Positions 37,798 through 51,183 are shown, numbered from the stretch's first letter. The stretch: DNA of 64,000 bases from Narcine bancroftii (GCF_036971445.1 NC_091470.1:307644001-307708000), one strand, 5' to 3'. A program made the numbers and translations. Notes: generated from the sequence alone by a model not told the origin.

Positions 37798-37884
37798 GGT
37801 GTTTGCACCAAGTCTGGAAAACAGTGCCACAGGAATGCAGAAAAGTTTGCCTGCTTTGCTTTATTTGCCAAGTTTGGAAAGGAG
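37798..37884 (+). CDS. PRKDC: DNA-PKcs exon (87 nt)
   Basis: gccAG|GGTGTT...AAGGAG|GTaggt; GVCTKSGKQCHRNAEKFACFALFAKFGKE. Confidence 0.94.
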
Positions 37885-39724
37885 GTAGGTGCTGACAGAA
37901 AGGGTTTTGAACATCTTTGTATTGCAGGAATAGATAACATTTTTTAGTGTAAGTTGCTTATCATTTACCACTGATGATTCAGATTTTTTTTTGCACTGAC
38001 AAGAAACACCATGTATAAAAAAAACAATGTTAGTTTAAGTCTTTAAAAATGTAAAATCGTCAGATAATTAGAATTTTTTAAAAACTGTTTGATTTAAGTC
38101 TCATTCAATACATATGATTGAAAATATAGGAAGACATTTCAGTCCAGAACTGGACAAGATTATTATTAGCAGGTGTGATACTTCACGATCAGAAATAGCA
38201 TCTTTTATTTGAGACTTTGAACTGATAATTCCTTATAGTCTCATGAACCTAAAGAATCTATACATTGAGCAAGTCCATTTCATGAAGTTCAACGATTCCT
38301 CTAATTGTCACATAATATTAAAAATATGATATACATGATATACTTCAATTTTTGTCATCTGCAAGGCAAACAATGAGTCACCATGAGCATTGCCCAGCAC
38401 CCCTAACAATAGGAGAAAGAGAAGCAAAAGAGAGGCCCTTCAGGGGCTCTGAATGTCCATGGACAATCTCCAGCACTCTTGTAGCCTCCTTAGCAACACA
38501 GACTCCATTTCAAACCGCTAGTAATCAGAGCTCCAGATCCAAACCTCCAATATGATCAGGAAGCCTTCAGCGCCTGAGGCCTTTTGAGAGCCATTCTTGC
38601 CCTCAGAACCCTCTTGAATCCCAATTATGATCTGGTTCCCATGACCCAGTCTCTAGCAACCCGTTGTCTATGTGGGTTCTCCGACTACAAGGCGGCCACA
38701 GCTCACAGCCGGTGTGGGTCCTTCAACCGCTGAGTCCTCCACTGGTCTGCTGTCATGGTCACCATCTTGTAGGTTGGTCTACTAAGCTTGGGTGTTCTCC
38801 CCCAATTTTTGTGCCCGGTTCTGGTCTGCTGTTCCCCTGGAGTCTGCGATCCTTGTGGTGTGCTGCCCAGCACAAGTGCTGCCATCTTGGGTAGATCTCC
38901 ATGGTTGTAGGATTTAAAAAAACAGGCTGTTGAAAGCCTCTGTGGAGTCATTGGCATCAAAACTGGGCAGTAGGATGCTGCGGAGCAACATGGTGTCTCT
39001 GCTCCCTGCTCTTCCGTGTCCAAACTAGTGGCAGTCCTGCTGATACAGCAGATCTGGGAACTTTCTTTCTTCCTTTGTAACCTCCTTTTTATGATATATG
39101 AAGGGAGCCATGTGGCTCATAGGATGGTCCAATTTCTCAGTAATTTTTCCTGCAATCAATTTTCCCCATATTCCTATTAGCACCCCCCTTGTTTTACCAC
39201 GATCTACATGCTGTGGCTATGGAACGTACTAACTGCACCTCTTTGGAGATGGGAGATACCCAAGCAGTCAAAGGAAGAATGTGCAAACCTCTGACAACTG
39301 AGGTTGGAAGTGAACCTTTCCTTGAATATGTGAGGCAACAGCTCGACCAACTGCACAATACTGCCACCCTTAAATAAGCACCATATTGAAGAAGAAACAA
39401 GTTATCCCCAGTTTCCTGACCACATTTATCCCTCACTTAACATTACTTCGAAAGAGATTGAGGGTTTTTTTCCACATTTTCAGTGTAAATTGGCACTGCA
39501 CATTATCAACAGCAATGATTCCTGTAATGATGGTGGGTTTATTTTGGAACCTATGAACCAATATCAGACTTCCTGATGAGGTCTCGTGCATTTATAATTC
39601 TATACTTCTTTTAATCTTGATTGAAGAATTGATTATGTTAAGACAACTGAATTAAAAAAAAGTAACTTTTTCCTTTAAGCTCAAGCTCAATTCTTTTGTT
39701 GAATTAGGTAGTATCCTGTCATTA

Positions 39725-40030
39725 AAATATGTCATAAAATTTGTTGTTTTGCAGCAGTATTGAGCATTGCAGGTGCAAAATTGCAATAAATCACGTTTCT
39801 GTAAATATAATATTCAAAAATAAAAAAGTAGTGGAAAAAAAAGTGAGGTAGTGTCTGAAGGATCGTTGTCCATTCAGTAATCTTATGGTGGAGGAGGAGA
39901 AGCTGTTGTTGTAGCATTGGGTGTGCATCTGCAGGCTCCTGTACCTTCTTTCTGATTGTGGCGGTGAAAAAAAGGCGTGGCCTGAGTGGTGAGGGTCCTT
40001 GATGATAGAGGTTGCTTTCTTGAGCATGTT
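39725..40030 (-). mobile_element. Rex1/Babar-like LINE 3' fragment
   Basis: LKKATSIIKDPHHSGHAFF....RRYRSL..NNSF. Confidence 0.75.
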
Positions 40031-40957
40031 AACTTGATGGACCTAATCCTCTTTTTTCCATGATTTGCTTTCTTGAGTAAGGATAACCTGGAGAGACACC
40101 AAAATATGCACCAGAGTACAATTGTGATGAATTAAAGTACCATTGGGATAAACTGATGTCCTATTACATAGCATTAAAGAGCATGTTGTGGCTCAAGGCC
40201 TGAATGTTGCATGATATACCCATATAACCATTTACGGAGCGGAAACAGGCCATGTTGGCCTTTCGAGTCCCCACCGGTTCACTGATTTTGTGCGCCCTCT
40301 TCAAGCATTGGTCCCGGTAGATCTTCATTCAATAACGATCTTGCCATTAGTTTGCCAAAAACGCAACGCTCAATTATAAGCATCTGGAAAATTCACTTAT
40401 TTGACATCTGCCAACTCCCATAGGTGCCTGTGCCAAGGGATTTACTGTATATGGTCCATCTATCAACAAAATTATACCTACTGATTAATTACTTGTCCTT
40501 ATTAATAAAATTTAAACAGAGAGATGGCTGGACAAGCGACATATTGTAATTGCAACATGTGGGAACTAGTAAATCATATAGCGATTCACATCTGCAGCAA
40601 GGCTAGCAGCTCAAGGAACTTCATCTCAGAGCTCAGGAACAGGGCAGCTACCCACAATTCCAGAAGGCAGCTACACTCCACGCTTAAATAAATTGAATTT
40701 TAGATTTCACATTTATTGTCAGAGTACATACATGACACCGCATACAACCCTGTGACCCTCCCTCAGAGGGATGAGCCCGAATAAGACTTTCCCATGAACT
40801 TGCTGTAAATGTACTTGTACATTTTGACGTCAATGAAGAATGAAATAAACATTTTTATTGAAAATTGTAAAGAAAAGAAAATAATCTGAAAATAACAAAA
40901 GTTAAAAATATTGCTGCACACAAATATATCAACTCAGTTGTAGATTTTTTTTTTTTT

Positions 40958-41161
40958 TAATTTAGAGATACAGCATGGTCACAGGCCTAACTCGTGTGAC
41001 CAGTTAATCCCTGGAACGTGGGAAGAAACCAGACCACCCGGGTGAAACCCATGCAGTCAGGGAAAAACGTACAAATTACATGGAGCCAGCACCAGATTTG
41101 AAATTGGGCTGCTGGCCCTATAATAGCATTGTGCCAACTGCTTCGCTAAATGTGCCACCCC
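40958..41161 (-). mobile_element. V-SINE (HE1-like)
   Basis: gggaagaaaccagaccacccgggtgaaacccatgcagtcaggg..tgtgccaccc. Confidence 0.75.
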
Positions 41162-41320
41162 TCGATAGTGAAAATCAGGTGGATATGCATGCTTTAGAAT
41201 GGAATTTCATCTTCATGTGATCCATTCTTAATGTGAAAATCTTTTAATTTGATAAAATGCTGTAAGGGATTTTATGTATCATGATCCAGATCTCACACTT
41301 AACTGTGCTATTTATTGTAG

Positions 41321-41440
41321 GTGGCAACAAGAATGAAACAGTACAAGGATGAATTACTGGCTTCCTGTCTGATTTTTGTGCTCTCACTACCTCATGAAAT
41401 AATTGAACTTGATGTCAAGACTTTTATTCCTGCATTGCAG
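41321..41440 (+). CDS. PRKDC: DNA-PKcs exon (120 nt)
   Basis: tgtAG|GTGGCA...TTGCAG|GTtaga; [25 protein letters not shown]...IPALQ. Confidence 0.96.
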
Positions 41441-41489
41441 GTTAGAATGCTTCCCAAAGTTTTACTTGCAGTACTTTTCAGATGAGTGT

Positions 41490-42050
41490 TTTAACATCCT
41501 ATTCTCAATTTCATTGGTTTATATTGTACATTAGAAGATAAATAAGAGAATTGTCTTAAATTGAATCCCTCTAGCAATGAAGGCCAACATTTCAGTTGCC
41601 TTCTTGATGGATGACCCTTATGCACTAGCAAACCAACCTTTTGGAATTCATGCACAAGCACTACCAAGTCCTTCTCCACAACAGCAGGTTTCAATCTTGC
41701 ATTATAAGACCATAAGACATCGGAGCAGAAATAGGCTATTCAGCCCATCAAGTCTACCCAATAGTTTAATCATGAGCTAATCTATTTTCCCACTCAACCC
41801 CACTGCTTGGCCCCCTCCCATACCCTTTGATGCCCTGGGTAATCAAGAACCTATCAATTTCAGCCTTAAATACCCAATGACTTGGTTTCCACAATGCCTG
41901 TGGCAACAAATGCCACCCTCTGGCTCAAAAAATTCCTCCAAATCATTGTTTAAAGCATATGCCCTTCAATCGTGAAGTTGGGCCCTCTTGTTCTAGACTC
42001 TCCCACCATGGGAAACAATGTTTCTATATCTACTTTCTCCATGCCTTTCA
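41490..42050 (-). mobile_element. CR1 LINE fragments
   Basis: EKDLVVLVHE..KV; CR1 tail ataagaccataagacatcggagcagaaataggc at ~41703. Confidence 0.7.
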
Positions 42051-42815
42051 GATTTATTGTCAGAGCGCATACATTAGATCACAAACAACCCCGAGATTCC
42101 TTTTACCTGCGGGCTTGGCAGAATTACTACTAATTGGTAATGAAAATATAAACTGTACACAGCATAAATATGTAAACAAATAAAAGAACTGTAAACAGAT
42201 AATGAAAGTAAACAAACTGGCTGCAATATAGAGAGAACAAAAAGAAAGTCAATAAAATGCACGTTAGAGTCTTTAAATGAGTCCTTGATTGAGAAGTCTG
42301 ATGATGGAGGGGTAGCAGCTGTTCCTGAACCTAGTGGTGCGAGTCTTGTGGCACCTATACCTCTTTCCTGATGGCAGCAACGAAATCAGAGCATGCGCTA
42401 GGTGGTGTGGGTCTTTGATTATTGCTGCTGCCCACCAACGATACTGTTCCCTGTATATATACAATAGTGTGGAGGGTTTTGACTACCTTTTGGAGGGGTT
42501 TGCGCTCAGGAGTATTGGTATTCCCATAGCAGACTGTGATGCAGCTGGTCAGCACACTTTCCATCACACATCTGTAGAAATTTTCTAGGGTTTCTGGTGT
42601 CATACCAAACCTCCACAAACTCCTAAGGAAGTAGAGCCACTGACATGCTTTCTTCACGATGCCATTGGTATGTTGGGTCCAGGAAAGATCCTCTGAATCA
42701 GTGACTCCCAGGAACAACATGCTCACCCTCTTCACTTCTTATCCCCCAATAATTACTGGATTGTAAACTTCTGGCTTTCCTTTTCTGAAGTCAACAATCA
42801 GCTCCTTAATTTTCA
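42051..42815 (-). mobile_element. Rex1/Babar-like LINE 3' part nested in CR1
   Basis: FLGVTDSEDLSWTQHT..IVKKA..LYFLRSL..NFYRCVMESVLT; IIKDPHH..LLPSGKRYR. Confidence 0.8.
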
Positions 42816-44304
42816 ACATGCAGTGAGATTCCACCCCCCACCTCTTCCCCCCCCCCCACACCCCCACACCACACCATTCTGCTAAATTCCAACAAATACA
42901 GGCCAAAAGCTTTTAAATAATCATCTGATTTTTTTTATTCCTTCCAAAGTGAATGACTTTGCATTTCATGATATTGTACTCCATCTGCCAGACCTCTGTT
43001 CACCCACTTAACCAATTTACATTCTCTGCTCAATTTGTTTTTCCACTCTGTTTGTAATGCCATATCAGTCAGTTAAACAGCTGTTCACCTGTGATGAAAG
43101 AGTACGGAGTTTGAAGACAAAGGTTATTTTAATCTTTTCAGTCTTTCTTTACATTCCAAGAGCCGAAGACCAGGCATTGCCTTCAGGTTCCTGCACAGTC
43201 TTCACGTATCCTTATTTTTAGTTGACTGACCATCTGCTTTATTTTGTAGTTGTTGAGAGATTTTGCCCTCCTGTTTTGTTGACCAAAATCATACAATTGC
43301 TGTGGTTCAGAAGGTGACCATTCAGCCCACCAAATCATGCTGGCTTTATGCACAAGAGCTATGTGGCCCATTCTCCCACTTTTCAGTCTGTTACGCTGAA
43401 AGTTATCTTTCTTTACATTCATATCAAATCTCTCTTTACATTCCTATCAAATCTCTCTTTGAAATCAATGTTTCAATCCCCTTGTAGGCGATGAGTTTGT
43501 CCTCTCATTCTCGCTGTATTTTTAGCTATTCTTGTCGTGCCCCCGTAATAAATGCTGACATTTGGCCTCCTAGTCATCTACTATATATTGCATGAAGCCT
43601 TCACAAGGACACCTTGATCTGTTTGAACATCATCTTTACCTAATTCTTCTGTTTAGCATACCTGTCATGTTTACTGAAGTGGATGATCTTTAATTTTTCC
43701 ATGTTATATTACATCTGCCCTGCTCTTGCCCTTGTCCATATTACCCCGTCACACATATTATTCAGAATTTGAAATATTCAGCAGTGAAATTGAAGCAAGA
43801 ATCATTAGCTTCCAATACTAAATGATTGAATAAGTGGGTCTTGTGGGTGGGTAGGGTAGACATTACTTCTCTCCATTTCAAGCAGTTAAGAGCCACCCAT
43901 GCATCTCCCCATGGTCCTGCTGGGGCTATTTCATTTCCTGGAATATATGTCATGGGCAGTTACCTGCATTCATGTCTGCTCTCCCACCAAAAAAAATCTT
44001 TCAATGTGGCCTAGCTGATACAAAATTTTACCAAATGAGAGGTGATGTATCTTAAGATAAATGATCAAGAAATAATATTTGCAGCAATTGATGAAAACAT
44101 AAAAGGAATGGCAGTTCAGAAATAGTGTTTTCAATTAAAAAATATTTAGAAGTGGGAGAACAAATTAATGAAACTGTGAAACAGAGCACCTAGAATCATG
44201 GGTTCAATCAAGTTAATAGCAGATAAGCAAGGATGTAATACAAACTGGCATATTAATCATTGGTTAGACCAAAGTTAGAATCCAATCAAATTAGGAGCTT
44301 TAAA

Positions 44305-45670
44305 TTTATATTTAGACATACAGGGTGGTAACAGGCCCTTCTGGGCTGCCCAAATACCTCAATTAACCTACAACCCCCATATATTTTGAAGTGTAGGAGG
44401 AAACCAGAGCACCTAGAGCAGGGGTGTCAAACTCAAATCCACGGAGGGCCAAAATTAAAAACTTGGACTAAGTCGAGGGCCGAACTAAATATTTATTGAA
44501 AATTTTCAACAACATCTGCATGTTTTCTCTTCTTTCAACATATGTAATGTTAAACTTTAGGATATAACTTTAGGAGGATAATGTTACAGATCAGGAGTAG
44601 GTAGCTCAAGTTCACCCTTTGCTTGACCTGAAGGAAACATATTTGGTCCCTGTGGAGATGTAGTCAGCATTCACAGGCTGTGTCCATTTTGGCCTGCATC
44701 AGGACTCAGCATTTCCTGCTCACTCCTCAGGCTCTAGGCCTCTATTCACCCTCGACCCACCATCCCTCTACCTGACCAGTCCTTTACCCAACCTCTACTC
44801 ACCCCTCACTCCACTCGCTCTGCCTCTACCCACCCCATCCTATACACGCCCCTCTACTGCCTCTCCCCTCAACCTGTTCCTCCCTCTACCTGTCTCTCAC
44901 CCTCTAATCACCCCTCCCCGACTCGCCCTGCCCCTCCCCTTTTACCTCTTCCCTATCCACCCCTCCTTCTACTCATCCCTCCCTCTACCTGTCTCTCACC
45001 ACCATAACTTCCCCTGCCCATTACTCCTCACCTACACCCTCTGCCCACCCCTGCTTACCCACCCACTCAGGCCCAGCGCCCTGCCGATCAGCCTTTGCGG
45101 ACAGCCACCATCTCTCTCTTCACGTGCAGGGCCGAACCACCGTCCCTGGGGTCCGCGCGGGTGCAAGAGCTGAAGACCGTGGCGACCGGGAGAAGTGCGC
45201 TCGCTCTGTGGAAGGGCCGCCCGGTGCCAGTCGCGCGGGGCTCGCGCTGCCCGGGGGCGTGCGCAGCCTGCCATGCCTGTCGCGCCGACAAGCAATCACA
45301 GGCGCTCGCCCATCCGCCGCACCGCTCGACAGGTGGGAGAAGTGACTGGTTGTGCGGGGAGCCTTCCAACTGGCTTGCCGGCTGATGACATCGACAGACT
45401 TCTCATGTTACAATTTCTCGTGTTACAGTGGGGAAGGATGTGCAATGAAGGGGGAGGATGGTGGGGGTGACATTACCAAAAAACAGCATCGGCTCTCGCT
45501 GCAGGGCGGGCCACCTCTAATACATTTTTTAAATGATCTTGCGGGCCAAATATAATTATATCGCGGGCCAAATTTGGCCCGCGGGCCAGAGTTTGACATG
45601 TGTGACCTAGAGGAACCCCACGCAAACATGGGAAGAACGTACAAACTCCTTACAGATAGCTCTGGATATT
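44305..45670 (-). mobile_element. V-SINE split by the hAT insertion (44305-44418 + 45613-45670)
   Basis: ggaggaaaccagagcacctagag | gaaccccacgcaaacatgggaagaacgtacaaactccttacaga. Confidence 0.8.
44419..45604. mobile_element. Non-autonomous hAT (Charlie/Buster-like) element, 8-bp TSD ACCTAGAG
   Basis: TIR caggggtgtcaaactc / gagtttgacatgtgtg; perfect TSD with central TA at 44411-44418 and 45605-45612; subterminal gcgggcc repeats. Confidence 0.92.
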
Positions 45671-45925
45671 TGTTTATGAAGCATCACTAATATTATTTTT
45701 GTTAGAACAGCACACAAGAGAAAATTCTTGAGAAATATTCTAAACTGAGGGATTAGCAGAGAAGAGCTATTTTTATTGGCTATGGTATCTTGTTGAAAGA
45801 GGTATGTGGTGGCAGAATGTGAATAAGTGGTTGACTTCTTTGCAGAATTAGCATAATCATAATGGAGAGAATTTTTTCCAAAGTTCATTTTTTCTCTTCT
45901 CTTTTCTCCCCATTTCTCATATCAG

Positions 45926-46082
45926 ACTACGTTTAAACTTGGCCTTAGCCACATTCCTCTTGCTAATGCTGGGTTGGATGCTCTGGAAGACTGGTCAGCT
46001 CATCTCTCCAAGCAAACCATTCAACCTTATTACAAAGAGATCTTGCCACACTTGGATGGCTTCTTGAAAACTTCAGTTTCAA
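45926..46082 (+). CDS. PRKDC: DNA-PKcs exon (157 nt)
   Basis: atcAG|ACTACG...TTTCAA|GTaaga; [23 protein letters not shown]...[10 protein letters not shown]. Confidence 0.95.
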
Positions 46083-46639
46083 GTAAGAATCTTTAGTTAT
46101 TTTGTTATTCTGTCCAATGCAATGAAGCCACTCTTCTATCCACTCAGTAAATATATTGTTCAGCCCTGTCATTAAAAGGCTGAAAAAAAGGGTTGAGCTT
46201 TCGTTTTGCTGTTTAGACTTGTTCACTCGATTTTTGAAATCCATGTGGTGATTATTCATTACAGAAAGTGCAGAAATTACTGCTTTGATCACTGATGGAT
46301 CACTGATTGAAGTGAAATATATAAAGGGTGCTTGTAAAACGGGCATAGTTGGAAAAAAAATATATAATTGTGCACAGTGATTACAAAGGTTGAATGAAGG
46401 GCTTCCCCAGGAGTCAAAGGAACTTTAGGAAGTCTCTTGCACAATTTTTAACCAATCTTTTTCTCTATAAAACTAAACTCTGTACATTTATTTTATTTTG
46501 TATTACCTGTTGTAGTATTAGTTGAATAGCATGCATAATAAAGTTTTCTACTGTATCTCAGAGCAGGTGGCAATAAACAATTCAATTCAAAATTCACAAC
46601 CTGGAAACTGAGAAGGTGATTGAAGTTGAGAATAGAAAA

Positions 46640-46900
46640 TAGGAGCATCCACCCTTTCCACTGCCTCAGATAGGCAGTCAGCAAACTGAAGGACCCATCC
46701 CACCCAGCCATACATAGTTCTCCCTCCTCCTCTTGGGGAAAAAAAGATCCAACGGCATGAAATCTGGCACCAGCAGATTCAAAGGCTGTGTTTTCCCTGC
46801 AGCGATCAGACTCATGCATGAACCTTACAACAGTGCTTGCACACTGCCCTTGCCGTGTACTAACTGATCTTTCACCATAACACTGCACACTGTAAGGTAA
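46640..46900 (+). mobile_element. Old Rex1-like LINE 3' fragment
   Basis: LKDPSHP...SRFK..FP..IRL, similar to the antisense Rex1 copies. Confidence 0.55.
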
Positions 46901-47189
46901 TGTGTTATTGCCCTTCCTTTAGTACATTTATGTAAAATGCCTTGCACTCATTGTCTTTTTAGCTCTTAATCTTTGTCTTTTGCATTTGGCCTTTCTGTAC
47001 TCCACTTTTTTTTCCCCCTTTTCTAACTTTAGCTTTGGATTTTCTGCTTTGTATCCCTTTGTCTTTCTGCCTGGATGCTCATCCCCCTTGCTAACAACAT
47101 TAGCAAGGACATTGGTCCTGCCCATATGTGGATAATTTCAATTGCTAATTGATTATTATTTGCAATTCAAAGTAAAAGGAAACAAAGAA

Positions 47190-47640
47190 ACTGCTGGAAG
47201 AAAATCAGTGTTTTGGGTTGGGCCTCTTTATCATGACTTAGGTTTTAAAAAAAAGTGATATAACATATAAAGAGGGAAATAACCCAGAGGAGGGCCCTAT
47301 GGTTGGTAGTACAGAATGTGTGAGAAGTAAAGACCACCAGGAAAGGGAGGGGGAAACAAAAGCATGTACAGGAGAAGGTAAAGAAGAGATGTAAATAGTG
47401 GAACCAAAGAGGGGTGAGTGAGGGTGCTTAAAATGAGATTGTTCACACCACTTGGTTCAAAGCTATCCAGGAGAAACATGATGTGTTGTTTCTCAAATTT
47501 GTGTTTGGACTCATTCTGACAATGTGTGAAGGTGAAGACAGATATATCTGTCAAGAAATGTTGGGGTTGAAATTGTTGGCCACAAATAGCTCATGTTTAG
47601 ACCCACAAACATAGTGTAGATGTTTGATGAAGTAGTCACC
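47190..47640. mobile_element. Decayed Penelope-like fragment
   Basis: Similar to 36130-36800 (ctgctggaagaa..gttttgggttgggcctctt, tgttgtttctcaaatttgtg). Confidence 0.5.
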
Positions 47641-47646
47641 CAATTA

Positions 47647-48186
47647 TAGTAAAATCTCTATTATCTGGCATTGAATCAACTGGAAACTCAAACAACTGGC
47701 AAAAAAAAGAGGAAATAATATTTTTTTTGGGGGGAAATAAATAAAAATAAAGTTTCAATAAAAGTTTATAATTGTAAAAGTAAGTGTTCTCTGAAGCAAC
47801 ACACAACCCCTTGGGAGTGGAGTGCTCCAGTCGTGGAGGGAGGTGGGAGAGAGAGAGAGTGAGAGCAGCGTGACTCGGGTGGGCGAGGGGGGAGAGAGAC
47901 GGCAGCACGACTCGGGCAGGCCGGGGGGGGAGAGAGACAGCAGCGCAACTCGGGTGGGCGAGGGGAAAGATGGTAGCGTGACTCGGGCGGGCGGGGGTGA
48001 GAGACGGCAGCGCGACTCAGGTGGCAAGAGGGAGAAAGACGCAGCGCGACTGAAAGGGGATGGATATGGCAGCACAATTCGGGTGGGCTTAAATCTGGGG
48101 CAGCTGGCTTTTGTTCTGAAATCCGGAAAAATCCAAAATTTGGAACACACTGCCCCAAGGGTTCCAGATAAAGGATTGTGTACCTG
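47647..48186. mobile_element. TcMar-like non-autonomous element with a GC-rich ~37-bp minisatellite (47860-48060)
   Basis: Right end ccagataaaggattgtgtacctg|ta; repeated unit gagagacggcagc.cgactcggg.gggcg.gggg; the two ends do not match each other well. Confidence 0.6.
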
Positions 48187-48563
48187 TATTACCGTAATTT
48201 GAGGGTAGTGGAACCTGCTTTAAATGCAATGCACTCTCTCAGGCAACAATTAAGGAAATTACTAGAAATTGGACTCTTGACATATTTTTATCTCAGTTTT
48301 GGCCATTTACTGAGAAAATAATAGTTTTCAAAATCTGTCTGATAGAATGGGAGTATGGTAAGTGAGTGAAGTGATTTAGATGTGACATGTCTTGGAATAT
48401 CTCTCTGGATTATGCATCCAACTGAAATGAGTGGAGTTTGAACATTACCACCAGTCTCAGAGTCATGAATGCTTATCAGCTGAATCACTGCTCACACTTC
48501 CAATCACAACCTCCACAATTTCAAACACTTTTTAAAGACTTGGGTGGCACGGTTAGCATACTG

Positions 48564-48695
48564 CAGTGGTTCCCAACCTTTTTCTTTCCATTCACCTCCC
48601 ACCTTAAGTAATCCCTTACTAATCATAGAGCACCTATGGCATTGGGAATCCTCAAAGTGGTATGTGAGTAGAAAGAAAAAGGTTGGAAACCACTG
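48564..48695. mobile_element. hAT MITE, TSD GCATACTG/GCATAGTG
   Basis: cagtggttcccaacctt...aaggttggaaaccactg; 8-bp TSD with one mismatch. Confidence 0.88.
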
Positions 48696-48746
48696 GCATA
48701 GTGTTTAGCACAACACTGTTACAATGCCAGCATTTGGGACCAAGGG

Positions 48747-50896
48747 GACAGATAAATTCACTGAAATCAGTTCACTGTTGGAATAGTCACCGACGAATAT
48801 TCACCGTTGGAAAATTTTCCTCCATCAAATTCACCGACAATTGAATGAATGAAAAAAAAATAATTGATTAACCAACTGACTAAACTAACCAACCAAACTA
48901 AACATTTATTATTAACAGTTGAGTTTGATAGGTTACTCTTTGACTCAGTCTTTCACCAACACAATCACCTTTCAGACACAGCAAGCATTTATGAAATGGT
49001 TCACAATAAGGCCGTAGATACAATCAATTCTCTGCATTAAATGTTATTCGATGCCTTTGCTTCAAGTAGTGAAGCAGCTGTTGGAAAGTTGTCAAGTGCA
49101 GAAACATCAAAAGAACAATGAGATACCTGTGAAGCAAGAAGCACGCAGGACCGGACATTCCAACCTTTCGCAAAGATGTTGTATTTTCTTTGAGACTACA
49201 CAAAACTGCCCAGTGCGAAGAGTTTTTATATTTTGACTCGGCATTATAAAGACCGCATTATAGTCTTTGGCACAAAGTTAAATCCTCAAATGTTAATGAA
49301 GAGCAAACACTGGTATGCCAATGGCACATTTAAATCAGCGCCATTGCTATTCAATCAATTATACATGCTGCATTGTTGAGAAGATAAGGTTTCAATCCCA
49401 TTAGTGTATGCTTTGATCCCGCTTCAACTCCGTTAGCAATAACTACTGATTATGAAAAAGCCATGATTAAAGCTTCTAAGCAAGTACATTATTTCCAAAC
49501 ATGAAACAAAGAGGTTGCTTTTTTCATTTTTATCATTGTGAGTTGCTCAAGCACATGGTCTGAAACAACAATATGAGATGGATGCAGATTTTGCCCTAAG
49601 CCTGCATCTGCTCTCTGCATTAGCATTTGTCCCTCCATATAAAGTAGTTGTGGCTTTTGAGATTTTGTGCAACAGCGATATTTTGCCTCCTGAAGTTCAG
49701 CAAGTCATTGATTATTTTAAGGATACTTGGATTGGTCATCCAGATTGAAGGCAACGGTGTTGCCCACCGCAATTTACACGAGGTGTGGGATGCTTACAAT
49801 GCTATCGTAAATGATTCGACAAAAAGAAATAGGGGGTTTGAAGAGCAGGCTAACTGCCTGCCACCCCAATAGTTGTAAATTCGTTTAGTGCATTTAAAAA
49901 AAAAACTTTATGAACAATATATTGCAGGTCAAGAGCCACCGAGAAAGAGAAGAAAATATCGGGATTATGCAAAAAAAAAAGAATCGTCCTGAATTATGAA
50001 ACTGACCAGTGTGTCATAACATTTTTAAGAGGAATAGCTCATAATATAGTACAACTCCGATTATCTATAATGATCGGAACCTTGCCTCTGTCAGATAAAA
50101 GTTTTTTTTTCGGATAACTGGTCATTTTTAAAAAAAAACACCCCAGAAACAACAGAACATCACTTGCAACAGTGTTTAAACAACAACAAACATCAAGGGA
50201 AGGCTTTTTGAGCATTAGAATAATGTTTAATTCTCACCAAAAAAATGCTGGCCACTGCCAATCACAGATTGGGGCCAATTGGGCCCGCTCCTGCCAGTTG
50301 CCCGATGATACTGCTGCTGCTGCTGGGAGCCTGATGTCCCTCTGCTGCTGGTAGGCCGCTCTCCTTGATGACACCAGGATCAGGGATTCTTCCAACCGCT
50401 TGCGGCTGGGAGATAGTGGCACACAGTTTGTGAGGGAAAGTTGGAGAGAAAATTCAATAGGGGAAGGTAAAGAAGAAATGGAAAGAGAGAGAGAGGGAGG
50501 GAGTTACCTGAAATGAGGACAATCGTCATTCTAATTTCATGTCGAATGAATTATTTTTCAACCTATGAGGTCAGTTTGGCTTTGAAAATTTTTTGGATAA
50601 ATGAGGATTTCTCACTTGTTTCAGATATCCTCATTTACCTGAAATTTTAAAAAAATTCCAGATAAATGAGGATTTTGGAGAATTGGAGTTGTACTGTATA
50701 TCATTTTAATTTTTAATGAATTTTGAAGTGTCCTTTATTAAAGCTTTTAATTAGGTGTGAATTGATTATTAAAAATTAAAAAGCTCCTTGGTGAATTTTC
50801 CGTTGGTGAATTAGGTGGTCGGTGATTTTTTTTGCCGGTGAATTTTTCTTTTGTGAATTTTCTGTTGGTGATGTGATTTTGGTGAATCCGGCACAC
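48747..50896 (+). mobile_element. Degenerate Mutator-like (MULE) DNA transposon
   Basis: Long TIRs built of (a)attcaccg / cggtgaatt units; transposase remnants HWYANGTFKSAPLLFNQLYMLH, PLVYAL, TDYEKAMIKA, RGCFFHF. Confidence 0.85.
50047..50696. mobile_element. TcMar-like non-autonomous element nested in the MULE
   Basis: TA|tagtacaactccgatt...aattggagttgtactg|TA. Confidence 0.75.
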
Positions 50897-51183
50897 TAAG
50901 GAGTTTGTACATTTTCCCCATGACTATGTGGGTTTCCTCTGGGTTCTCTGTTTTCCTCCCACCTTTCAAAACATACTGGGGATTTTCGGTGAATTGGGTG
51001 TAATTGGGCGGCAGGGGCTCATCGGTCAAAAGGGCCTGTTACCATGCTGTATATTTACATTTTAAAATAACCACGTTTCGATGGATTGAGAAACTTGCAA
51101 TCATGTATTTTTTATAGAGGAGTGACGTGATTAAAAATGGATGTTTTGGTTATGGATACTTCAATTTTTAAACAATGCATTAG

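Larger units (their letters stand above)
48542..51068 (+). mobile_element. V-SINE split by a hAT MITE and a MULE
   Basis: Head gggtggcacggttagcata (48542), middle 48704-48746, core and tail taaggagtttgtac..gggcctgttaccatgctgtat (50897-51068). Confidence 0.8.

Noticed and set aside
39572-39600. CTGATGAG as an active hammerhead ribozyme
   Set aside because: No stem II followed by GAAA.
40540-40690. CR1 ORF1 zinc-finger-like remnant (CNMWEL..HICSK)
   Set aside because: Too short and degenerate to give supported boundaries.
47860-48060. ~37-bp repeats as a CRISPR array
   Set aside because: Degenerate head-to-tail minisatellite without unique spacers, inside a eukaryotic TE.
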